Assembly: GCA_030646915.1 (NCBI GenBank)
Contig: JAUSKT010000001.1
Location: 1-63,434, forward strand
Origin: a bacterium
Lineage (GTDB): Bacteria; Patescibacteriota; Minisyncoccia; UBA6257; 02-FULL-45-10c
Direction of reading: 5' to 3'
DNA length: 63,434 nucleotides
Part shown: positions 41,383 to 49,823 of the stretch, piece by piece
Position numbering within the stretch: the first letter of the stretch is position 1
Layout of the letters: each line of letters begins with the position of its first letter
Program-made: the position numbers and the translations under genes
The notes under the pieces: generated by a model
Seen by the model: only the letters and a program-made list of their open reading frames with translations
Databases searched by the model: none
Told to the model about the DNA's origin: nothing

Positions 41383-41420
41383 TACCTCCTTATACTTGCT
41401 ATAGCAAGTATAAGGAGGTA
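41383..41420. promoter_or_regulatory. 38-bp perfect palindrome TACCTCCTTATACTTGC-TATA-GCAAGTATAAGGAGGTA overlapping a candidate promoter (TTGCTA-17-TAATAT)
   Basis: Read directly, 40 nt upstream of the PaaX-like ATG. Confidence 0.85.
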
Positions 41421-41453
41421 TGGATATTACACATTAAAAATATGAGTATAGTG

Positions 41454-41837
41454 TTATGCTTTCTTCTCTAGCTCTAAACAAACAGAATTTATGCAATAGC
41501 GTTTGCCGCCTTTTTCTTCCGGGCCGTCATCAAAGACATGGCCAAGATGGGAGCCGCAATTTTTGCAAATTACTTCTGTCCGCTTCATGCCGTAAGCATT
41601 ATCTTCTTTAAGTTCAATATTCTTTAAATTTGCCGGCTCGGTAAAACTCGGCCAGCCGGTTCCGGAATCAAATTTAGCATCAGAAGAAAAAAGTTCTGCT
41701 CGGCACGCTGCGCACTTATACATTCCCATTGAATGCTCATTTACATATTTTCCAGTAAATGGAGCTTCGGTCCCCTTTTCTCTTAAAACCCTGTATTGCT
41801 CTTGGGTTAATTTATTTTTTAATTCTTGCTCGTCCAT
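41454..41837 (-). CDS. msrB: Peptide-methionine (R)-S-oxide reductase
   Basis: CAAC...GWPSF...CKNCGSHLGHVFDDGP...RYCINS. Confidence 0.92.
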   Translation of the reverse strand: MDEQELKNKLTQEQYRVLREKGTEAPFTGKYVNEHSMGMYKCAACRAELFSSDAKFDSGTGWPSFTEPANLKNIELKEDNAYGMKRTEVICKNCGSHLGHVFDDGPEEKGGKRYCINSVCLELEKKA

Positions 41838-41838
41838 A

Positions 41839-42183
41839 TTATGAGGTTTTATTTTTTAATTTTCGGCGGAATTTCAAAACCATTATTGTTCCAAATATTA
41901 AAAATACTGGAAATAATATTACTGCCAAAGAAAAATTTCCGCTAAATTTAGAACTCAAAATGATAGAAGTTATTAAAGAAATAGCTAAAGTACTTAAAAA
42001 TCCGCTAATTAAAAAAGGCCTAAGTTTTTTACGCTTATAAAAATAAATCGAAAGCCCTAAGGTAAAAAGCCCTAAAGCTGAAATTATTAATATCGCAAAA
42101 ATAAAAATCAATACTACTTTTACAAGCGCTACTCCAATCCCCTCAGCTAACCCCCTCCCCAATGCCTGGCTAAATTGATTCAT
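41839..42183 (-). CDS. Small membrane protein (3 TM)
   Basis: Hydrophobic ORF abutting msrB. Confidence 0.5.
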   Translation of the reverse strand: MNQFSQALGRGLAEGIGVALVKVVLIFIFAILIISALGLFTLGLSIYFYKRKKLRPFLISGFLSTLAISLITSIILSSKFSGNFSLAVILFPVFLIFGTIMVLKFRRKLKNKTS

Positions 42184-42191
42184 AAATAATA

Positions 42192-42410
42192 CTATAGGAT
42201 TTCCACTATTTTATTTTTAGCAGCATGACCAGAAACAATTCTTAATTTTGATTTAGAGATTTTAAAATATTCTGCCAAAGCATCCAGAATCGCCAAATTA
42301 GCTTTTCCGTCCCGTGGCCGCTCTCTGACAGAAATTTCAAAGTGGTTTTCGCTGACTTTCCTTACTTTCTCTAATTTTGAGCCTGGCTTTGCCTTAACAA
42401 AAATTTTCAC
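42192..42410 (-). CDS. DUF167 (YggU-like) protein
   Basis: VKAKPGSKLEKV...RERPRDGKANLAILDALAEYF. Confidence 0.75.
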   Translation of the reverse strand: MKIFVKAKPGSKLEKVRKVSENHFEISVRERPRDGKANLAILDALAEYFKISKSKLRIVSGHAAKNKIVEIL

Positions 42411-42425
42411 GCTATAGAACTCGTC

Positions 42426-43349
42426 TTATTTATTTTTATTAAGATAATCGTAAATATTCAATACGGCTTTTATTGCATCACCCGCAGAAATATTGTTCTG
42501 CTTGTATAAAACATCACTGACATCCCCAGCAGCCCAAATGCCCGGTAAAGAACTCATTTGAGTTTTGTGATCCACTATAATTTGTCCCCGCTCATCTATT
42601 TTCACTAAATCTTTTGCTAAATCAGAATTGGGGGCAGAACCGATTTCTACAAATACGCCGTCTAATTTTAATTCTTTAATTTCATTTTTATTTTTATCTG
42701 AGTATTTCAAGCCAGTAACAAATTCATTCCCTAAAATTTCTTTAACTTCAGCCTGATAAATAATTTCCACCTTAGAGTTATTTTTTATCTCTTCAAAAGT
42801 AACCTGATCGCCTTTTATTTTATCGCTCCTAACCAATAAATAAACTTTATTTGCGTAAGGAAAAAGATCGCGAACCGCTTCCAAGGCAGCATTGCCAGCG
42901 CCAACCACGGCTACGATTTTTCCGCCAAAAAGCGGGGCATCGCAAGTGGAACAATAAACAACGCCCTTTCCATTTAACCTATCTTCTCCTAGAACACCTA
43001 ATTTCTTATGATGACTTCCAGAACACACTAGGACAGTTTTAGTTTCAAAATTTTTACCAGTTTTAGTGCTAACTTTAAAATTTCTATCTTTTAATTTCTC
43101 AACTTTATCCACTAAATCGCCATCCAAAATTTCAATCCCTTCCTGAGACCGCAAATGCTCTTCCAAATTTTTTGCCAGATCAAATCCAGAAAGAGATGCT
43201 GCACCGATCCAATTTTGGATATCCGAAGAAACTAAAGATTGGCCCCCGAAACTTTTCGCAATAAGAAGCGCTTTAATCTTTTTTCTGGCAGCATAAACAC
43301 CGGAAGCAACACCAGCCGGACCGCCACCAATAATAACTAAGTCGTACAT
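42426..43349 (-). CDS. trxB: Thioredoxin-disulfide reductase
   Basis: VIIGGGPAG...CSTCDAPLFGG...GAGNAALEA...GIWAAGDV. Confidence 0.9.
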   Translation of the reverse strand: MYDLVIIGGGPAGVASGVYAARKKIKALLIAKSFGGQSLVSSDIQNWIGAASLSGFDLAKNLEEHLRSQEGIEILDGDLVDKVEKLKDRNFKVSTKTGKNFETKTVLVCSGSHHKKLGVLGEDRLNGKGVVYCSTCDAPLFGGKIVAVVGAGNAALEAVRDLFPYANKVYLLVRSDKIKGDQVTFEEIKNNSKVEIIYQAEVKEILGNEFVTGLKYSDKNKNEIKELKLDGVFVEIGSAPNSDLAKDLVKIDERGQIIVDHKTQMSSLPGIWAAGDVSDVLYKQNNISAGDAIKAVLNIYDYLNKNK

Positions 43350-43588
43350 TATTTAAGACCTAAAGCCCTTTCTAATTCCGAACGATTGAATCCAACGTGA
43401 ACTTCTCCACCAATATCAATCACTGGTACGCCAAGTTGGTGAGATTTTTGCACCATTTCTTCCCGCGCAGCATCATCTTCAGCAACATTATGCTCCTCAT
43501 ATTGAACATTATTTTTATTAAAAAATTCTTTTGCCATCTTGCAATAAACGCAGGTTGGAGTGGAATAAATAACAACTGATTTTGACAT
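43349..43588 (-). CDS. Glutaredoxin-like (NrdH/YruB-type) thiol-disulfide protein
   Basis: 79 aa: YSTPTCVYCKMAKEFF...GVPVI. Confidence 0.8.
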   Translation of the reverse strand: MSKSVVIYSTPTCVYCKMAKEFFNKNNVQYEEHNVAEDDAAREEMVQKSHQLGVPVIDIGGEVHVGFNRSELERALGLK

Positions 43589-43677
43589 ATAAAATTTAAT
43601 TTTTAAGTTAATTAATTGACCTTATTAATATTATAACATAGTAACCCGAGGCAATGTTATAATTAAGTGACAATCCA

Positions 43678-45018
43678 ATGAATTCCTTTTCTAGGCTTAA
43701 GCAAATTATATTGATTTTCGGCGACATATTAATTTTATATGCTGCCCTTATTTTAACGCTATGGTTAAGATACGATAAACTTTTCTACAAGCAATTTTTT
43801 GATTATCACCTAGGACCATTTACTTTTATTTTTATAATTTGGACTATCTGTTTTTATATTGCCGGACTTTATGACTTAAAATCTTTGAAAAATGGCTTTG
43901 AATTTGAACAAAAATTCATTTATGCTTTATTTTTTAATTTCATCATCGGAGTCTCGATATTCTATCTTATTCCATATTTTGGGATTGAACCGAGAAGAAA
44001 TCTAATAATTCTCTTTTTAATTTTTGGGCCGACTAATTATATCTGGCGAAGAATCTATAATTTTATTTTAGCCAGATCTGGAACGGCAAATAGAGTGCTA
44101 TTAATTGGAATTAACAAAACAACTGAAGAAATATCGGAAAAAATTGAGGCTAATCCGCAACTCGGATACAAAATAAAATACTGGATGAAAGAAGGATTGG
44201 GTGATAAAGAATTCGACCACATAGCTCAAATAATTATTTCCCAAAATATCAATACCCTGGTTATTCCCGCGCATCTTAAAAAAGACACTAAAGCGGCGAA
44301 ATTAATATATAAAACTTTAAGTTTGGGAATCGAAATTATGGATCTTTCTACTCTTCATGAAGAAATACTCCAAAAAGTTCCTCTAGCTGAACTCGAAGAG
44401 GTATGGTTTTTAGAAAACTTAATTAAAAAACATAAAATCTATAAAATTATTAGCGAGCCAATTGAAAGAATTTTTGCTTTTTTATTAGGAATAATTTTAT
44501 TGCCAATTTTACTTATTGTCGCCATTTTAATTAAAATTACCTCTCATGGATCTGCTTTTTTCAGCCAGCGACGAATTGGAAAAGGCGGAAAAGAGTTTAC
44601 CATTTGGAAATTCAGGACAATGGTGTCAGACGCGGAAAAAGACGGGGCAAAATGGGCAAATTACCACAACGATCCAAGGGTGACAACTTTAGGAAAAATC
44701 CTTCGCTGGAGCCACTTGGATGAGTTACCCCAGCTTTATAACATAATACGCGGTGAAATCTCTTTTGTCGGACCAAGGCCGGAACAGCCGGAATTTGTAG
44801 AAAAACTCCAAAAAGAATTGCCTTTTTACGATCTACGACATTTGACCAAGCCCGGCATCACGGGCTGGGCGCAAATTAATTACCGCTATGCCGCTTCAAC
44901 AACCGATTCTTACCAAAAACTGCAATATGATATCTACTATATTAAAAATAATTCCCCTTTATTGGATTTTCTAATTATTTTAAAAACAATAAAATTTCTA
45001 ATCACTAATCATAGCTGA
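43678..45018 (+). CDS. Polyprenyl-phosphate glycosyl-1-phosphate transferase (bacterial sugar transferase, WbaP-like)
   Basis: N-terminal TM block; QRRIGKGGKEFTIWKFRTM...LDELPQL...GPRPEQPEF...KPGITGWAQI. Confidence 0.88.
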   Translation: MNSFSRLKQIILIFGDILILYAALILTLWLRYDKLFYKQFFDYHLGPFTFIFIIWTICFYIAGLYDLKSLKNGFEFEQKFIYALFFNFIIGVSIFYLIPYFGIEPRRNLIILFLIFGPTNYIWRRIYNFILARSGTANRVLLIGINKTTEEISEKIEANPQLGYKIKYWMKEGLGDKEFDHIAQIIISQNINTLVIPAHLKKDTKAAKLIYKTLSLGIEIMDLSTLHEEILQKVPLAELEEVWFLENLIKKHKIYKIISEPIERIFAFLLGIILLPILLIVAILIKITSHGSAFFSQRRIGKGGKEFTIWKFRTMVSDAEKDGAKWANYHNDPRVTTLGKILRWSHLDELPQLYNIIRGEISFVGPRPEQPEFVEKLQKELPFYDLRHLTKPGITGWAQINYRYAASTTDSYQKLQYDIYYIKNNSPLLDFLIILKTIKFLITNHS

Positions 45019-45031
45019 AATTTTTTGAAAA

Positions 45032-46300
45032 ATGTTTAAAAAAATAAAAAATCTGCTTTTTGAAAATCAAAGCTTGAAACAAAGAATCTTTAAAAATGCC
45101 TTTTGGCTTTTTTCCGGGCAAATTTTTGGACGATTAATAAGGGTAGCAATCGTAATATATGCAGCACGAATCCTCGGACCGGCAAGCTGGGGAGCATTTT
45201 CATATGCAATGAGCTTCGCGGCTTTTATGCTAATTTTTTCCGATCTGGGAATCAATGCAATTGTAACCAAAGAAGCGTCTAGAAATATTGAAATGGCAAA
45301 AAAATATTTTTCCACCGCATTTTTTATAAAATTAATTCTATTAATAATCGGGGTTTTAATTTTATTTGTGGCGCCCAATTTAACGAACTTAGAGGAGGCA
45401 AAGCAATTATTGCCTTTAATTTCCTTTATACTTATTTTTGACAGCTTAAGAAATTTCGGGTTTTCCATAAGCCGAGCGCATGAAAAAATGGAAATAGAAG
45501 GGTTAAATGAAATAGCTACTAATTTTTTTATAACCTTATTCGGCTTTATTGCTTTGAAAATAAATGGCACGAGCCAAAGCCTAACAATCGCCTACTCTGC
45601 CGCTATTATGCTGGGATTTTTATTGATCGCTTTTCAATTAAGGCACTATTTTAAAGAAGTAATTAATAATTTTGATTTTAATTTAATTAAGCCGATTCTT
45701 GAAACTGCTTGGCCATTTGCCTTAGCCGGATCACTTGGGGCAATAATGATTAATACAGACACCATTATTATCGGCTGGTTCCGCTCCGCGGCAGAAGTAG
45801 GATATTATTCCGCGGCACAACGGCCAGTCCAATTACTATACGTTCTGCCAACTCTTTTTGCCGCAAGCCTCTTCCCAAGCTTAAGTAGGATGGCAAAAGA
45901 AAAAATGGATTCATTTAAAGAAGTTCTTAAAAATGCTATTAAAATTTCTTTGATAGTTGCCATTCCCATAACTATTTTTGGAATTATTTTCGGAAGCCAA
46001 ATCATCAACCTGCTTTTTGGACAAGATTATCAATCCGCCACGCTTTCTTTTCAAATATTGATGCTGACTATTTTAGTGATTTTTCCATCGGCAATTATTG
46101 CCAATGCTAATTTAGCGGCCGATCAACAAAAGAATTTCATAATTTTTTCAGCGATTGGGGCAATTGGAAATATTATTTTAGATCTACTATTAATACCTAA
46201 ATGGGGCATTGCCGGCTCATCATTCGCAACCCTCGTAACCCAAATCATTGCTAATAGTTTTATTTGGTTTAAAATGAAAAAATTAATTGAATCCACATAA
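45032..46300 (+). CDS. Oligosaccharide flippase (Wzx/MOP family)
   Basis: 422 aa, about 12 TM segments, typical N-terminal NAFWLFSGQIFGRLIR. Confidence 0.8.
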   Translation: MFKKIKNLLFENQSLKQRIFKNAFWLFSGQIFGRLIRVAIVIYAARILGPASWGAFSYAMSFAAFMLIFSDLGINAIVTKEASRNIEMAKKYFSTAFFIKLILLIIGVLILFVAPNLTNLEEAKQLLPLISFILIFDSLRNFGFSISRAHEKMEIEGLNEIATNFFITLFGFIALKINGTSQSLTIAYSAAIMLGFLLIAFQLRHYFKEVINNFDFNLIKPILETAWPFALAGSLGAIMINTDTIIIGWFRSAAEVGYYSAAQRPVQLLYVLPTLFAASLFPSLSRMAKEKMDSFKEVLKNAIKISLIVAIPITIFGIIFGSQIINLLFGQDYQSATLSFQILMLTILVIFPSAIIANANLAADQQKNFIIFSAIGAIGNIILDLLLIPKWGIAGSSFATLVTQIIANSFIWFKMKKLIEST

Positions 46301-46343
46301 AACCTTTATCATGTTTAAAAGATTATATTAATATATAAAAATT

Positions 46344-47246
46344 ATGGAAAAATCACCTAAAATAGGCATTCTTGGAGTAGGATGGGTTGGCCAACAATTA
46401 AAAAGGTATTTTGAAGAAATTTGCGGATATCAATCCGGAAAAAATCTGTTTCTTTATGATATTGTTCCGGAAAAATGCGCAGGCGATATTAACGACGCTG
46501 AAATTATCTTCGTTACAGTTCCGACACCGCGCAATCCCAAAGATGGCTCCTGTGATATTTCTATAGTAATTGACGCGGTAAAAAAACTTAACGGAAATAA
46601 AATTGTAGTTTTAAAGTCTACCGTACCACCAGGAACAACAGAATTTTTTCAAAAAAACTACCCCCAGCACAAATTTTTATTTAATCCGGAATTTTTATCA
46701 GAAAGCCGCGCTTGGGAAGATCTAATACGGCCAGACAGACAGATTGTCGGTTTTACAGAAAAAAGTTTGGATGTTGCCAATTTAGTCCTGTCACTTTTAC
46801 CGAAAGCCCCATTTATGTCTCCCTGGGGAGTGGGAACCTATCACCAAACTAGAATTACAGCCACTGAAGCAGAAATGATAAAATATGCCGGCAATATTCA
46901 TTTTGTAAGAAAAGTGAATTGGGCTAATGCGCTAGTTAAACTTTCAGAAAAATTGGGCATTGATTACGAAAATATACGAAAAGGGATGGCTGCGGATCAT
47001 AGAATTGGTGACTCTCATCTAGACGTTAATCACGGCGGTTATCGCGGCTGGGGAGGATCCTGTTTCCCAAAAGATCTGGATGCTTTCATCCAATTTTCAA
47101 AAGACTCAAATATTAAAGATGTGGCTTCAATTCTGCAATCAGACAGAGACTTTAATGAAAATCTTCTTAAAGAACAAGGATTATCTTTAGAAAAAGTCAG
47201 CCATCATATTGATGTCTTAGTAAAAAAACTTAAAAAAGGTAAATGA
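46344..47246 (+). CDS. UDP-glucose/GDP-mannose dehydrogenase-like protein lacking the C-terminal sugar-nucleotide domain
   Basis: GILGVGWVGQ (Rossmann) and GGSCFPKDL (catalytic Cys). It ends ~50 aa after the Cys. Confidence 0.7.
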   Translation: MEKSPKIGILGVGWVGQQLKRYFEEICGYQSGKNLFLYDIVPEKCAGDINDAEIIFVTVPTPRNPKDGSCDISIVIDAVKKLNGNKIVVLKSTVPPGTTEFFQKNYPQHKFLFNPEFLSESRAWEDLIRPDRQIVGFTEKSLDVANLVLSLLPKAPFMSPWGVGTYHQTRITATEAEMIKYAGNIHFVRKVNWANALVKLSEKLGIDYENIRKGMAADHRIGDSHLDVNHGGYRGWGGSCFPKDLDAFIQFSKDSNIKDVASILQSDRDFNENLLKEQGLSLEKVSHHIDVLVKKLKKGK

Positions 47247-47298
47247 AACTCCACGGCCTAATAGTTCGACAAGCTCACTATAAGCGGCCGTGGTTTCG

Positions 47299-47341
47299 CC
47301 CCCACACTTAATAATTACCTCCGGATTGTTAGGTGTGGGGG
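47299..47341. terminator. G5/C5-clamped hairpin CCCCCACACTTAA...TTAGGTGTGGGGG, same arms as 10336-10405
   Basis: Read directly. It lies in the convergent intergenic gap with two other hairpins. Confidence 0.6.
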
Positions 47342-47412
47342 TTTAGTAAGGTATTTCGGCATATAATAAATCCCGCTTTTAGCGGGATTTATAATCTCAA
47401 GTTATTTTTATT

Positions 47413-48390
47413 TTAAGTTCCAATCAGGAATGGCAACGGACTTTGTGGGTTTGGTGCTGGCTGTGATTGCTGAGCTTTCAACTGCGCCTGTAAAGCTTCT
47501 ATTTGCTTTAAAAGACTTTGAAGTTGAGATTGAAGCGCAGAATTATCTGTGGCTGGAGTTGGAGTCGAAGCTGCCGGGGCTGGAGTTAATTCAGAAGCTG
47601 GAGCTACAGGCGCAACTGCACCATTGCCATAAACTTCCGATAACTTTGCTCTAGTTTTAGGACCCAAACGTCCATTACCCGACTCATTAGCGCTCTTTAT
47701 AACTCCATGTTTAAGCTGAAAACGACGCACTGCATTTTCGGTCAATTGGCCATACAAACCAGTGGCTAATCCTTCCGGATAAACATCTTTGTCTTGAGCA
47801 AGAAGCTGCTGAACTCTTTTAACATCATCATTCCGAGCTCCACGAACCAAATCTTTATTAAAGACTGGAGAAACTGCTTGAGCTACCGCTGATGGCTGAG
47901 CTACGGATGGGGCTTTAGGAACACTTGGAGTTGGCGCTGGGGCTGGAGTTGTTGGGGCATAACTATAAGAACCGCCACCGCCTCCACCACCGCCACCTCC
48001 GCCTCCTTCTCCGCTGCCATCGCATGTTTCTGAAGTAGAAGGGGTAATAGTAACTGTAATCGCTCCAGAAGCTTGGGTTGTGGTTAAACTCATTGAAGAT
48101 TCGCTAGCGGTACAGGTATTAGCTGATTTTACATAAGTTAAAGGATCGACAGTAAACTTTCTTCGATCAGCCGAACTAACGCCGAAAGTTCCTCCTGGTG
48201 AAAGCGTAACAGTAAAACTGCTGGCGCTAACATCCATTGAATCAATTATCCTGTCGGTACCAGATACAACCAATGTATAATTACTAACCGAAAGCTGCGC
48301 TCCACCGGAAGTTAAAGTAACATCGTTTGCCGCTAATACTAAAGAGGTTGAGGTTATCAATCCGACTAGAATTGATAGATATTTTTTCAT
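47413..48390 (-). CDS. Secreted protein with poly-Gly linker and peptidoglycan-binding (PG_binding_1-like) domain
   Basis: Signal peptide; GEGGGGGGGGGGGS; DVKRVQQLLAQDKDVYPEGLATGLYGQLTENAVRRFQLKHG. Confidence 0.75.
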   Translation of the reverse strand: MKKYLSILVGLITSTSLVLAANDVTLTSGGAQLSVSNYTLVVSGTDRIIDSMDVSASSFTVTLSPGGTFGVSSADRRKFTVDPLTYVKSANTCTASESSMSLTTTQASGAITVTITPSTSETCDGSGEGGGGGGGGGGGGSYSYAPTTPAPAPTPSVPKAPSVAQPSAVAQAVSPVFNKDLVRGARNDDVKRVQQLLAQDKDVYPEGLATGLYGQLTENAVRRFQLKHGVIKSANESGNGRLGPKTRAKLSEVYGNGAVAPVAPASELTPAPAASTPTPATDNSALQSQLQSLLKQIEALQAQLKAQQSQPAPNPQSPLPFLIGT

Positions 48391-48434
48391 AAATTATTAA
48401 ACGAAATTTAAATTTACAATCTTAATTAACTTAA

Positions 48435-49385
48435 TTACTTGCAAGCACCAAGTTCTAGAAGAAAAGTCGCACCAGATCCAGTCGTAGAGGCGCCTGCCCC
48501 GGTAACGACGTACGCACGATAAGCACCTAATTGTACACAAGGACGCGTATTCGCCTTAGTAGTATTTAGATACAATGTTGTGGTTGCACTACCAACAGCT
48601 GCAAATTCTGCCGCTGGAGTAGAAGTAGCGACACCAATACCTTGTAATGTGGTAGAAGTGCTACTAGCAACAATACTTCCAGTAGAAGTTATTGCCCCGG
48701 ATGTATCAAAGTTTCCGTTTGAAGCCGTAGTAGTAGCCATGCTATTAAAATTCACATTACCATAATGATTAGTAACTCCGGTTACCGATAAGGTGCTGGA
48801 GGCATTTACAGGACCACTCACTTTTAACATATCGGATAAAGTAGCAACTCCAGTCACATTTAATCTTCCTAAGCTGACTAAATTGTTAGAAAATGTTCCA
48901 AATCCCGCAGATAATCCAGCTATCGTAGAAGTTCCGCTAATATTAAGAGTTGAGGAAAAAGTGGAAGAGGCAGTGGAAAGAATACCGCCAGTATTAAATA
49001 TTTGCAAACCAGTCCAGATGTTGCTGGCAGAAGTTGAAGTAGCTGTCCCGATACAAGATCCGCTTGCATCTATGAAACAACCGGAACTTAACCGAATACC
49101 ATTTTGGAAAGTAGAAGTGGCAGTAGAAGAAGCCTGAATCATACCGGAAATATGCAACGGACCAACAATAGAAGAAGACGCTACGGAAATATAACCACCG
49201 GTTAAAGTAGCCAATCCCGTAAGAGCCGATGTGCTGGTAACGGTTAAAGTACCGCCAGTATTTATATTTGAACTGATAGTTGTTGCGCCAAAAGCGGCTG
49301 CCCATACGACCAATAAGGAAAGAACAACTGCAGAAATAACAGCAAAATATTGCTGCGTTCTAGTTAAAACATTACTTTTATTCAT
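48435..49385 (-). CDS. Secreted Thr/Ser/Gly-rich repetitive protein
   Basis: N-terminal anchor/signal, low-complexity T/S/G repeats, two C-terminal Cys. Confidence 0.6.
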   Translation of the reverse strand: MNKSNVLTRTQQYFAVISAVVLSLLVVWAAAFGATTISSNINTGGTLTVTSTSALTGLATLTGGYISVASSSIVGPLHISGMIQASSTATSTFQNGIRLSSGCFIDASGSCIGTATSTSASNIWTGLQIFNTGGILSTASSTFSSTLNISGTSTIAGLSAGFGTFSNNLVSLGRLNVTGVATLSDMLKVSGPVNASSTLSVTGVTNHYGNVNFNSMATTTASNGNFDTSGAITSTGSIVASSTSTTLQGIGVATSTPAAEFAAVGSATTTLYLNTTKANTRPCVQLGAYRAYVVTGAGASTTGSGATFLLELGACK

Positions 49386-49520
49386 AATTTTTATCTTTTA
49401 TTTATTTTCATTCCGTTATCTTAAGAAACGGAGTGAAACGACCTAATTTATTTTTCCGACCTATTTTATTAATTTTTAATAATGCTATTAGTATAAAATT
49501 ATTTGGATATTAGGAGATGT

Positions 49521-49529
49521 GGGGGGGGG
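49521..49529. repeat. G9 homopolymer tract in the upstream region of 48435-49385
   Basis: gatgtGGGGGGGGGtgtgg read directly. Confidence 0.9.
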
Positions 49530-49562
49530 TGTGGATAACTTTTTCATTCGCTTATTATTCTC

Positions 49563-49698
49563 GCCAACGACTGCTCCAGCTTTAACAAATAATATTCGCT
49601 CATATACGGAAATTTATCACCCTAGTCATTCTTCCTGGGTATCCCGATAAATTTCCTATTCTCTCATTTATTTGCAATAAAGCCTCCGCAATGTTGGC
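49563..49698 (-). ncRNA. Candidate structured RNA / repeat element, copy 2 (same orientation as the flanking genes)
   Basis: Its reverse complement aligns block-for-block with 26952-27083. 11-bp stem GGAAATTTATC/GATAAATTTCC and 6-bp stem GGCTTT/AAAGCT. Confidence 0.55.
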
Positions 49699-49823
49699 TC
49701 GAATAACCAAGCTCACTCAGCTTATTTTTTTTAAAGCTCCGTATTTGCCATACAACAAATAGTTATAGCTCGTTCTTAATAAGAGGCGATATTTATCTTT
49801 TAGTCTAATAAAATTAGCTTCGC

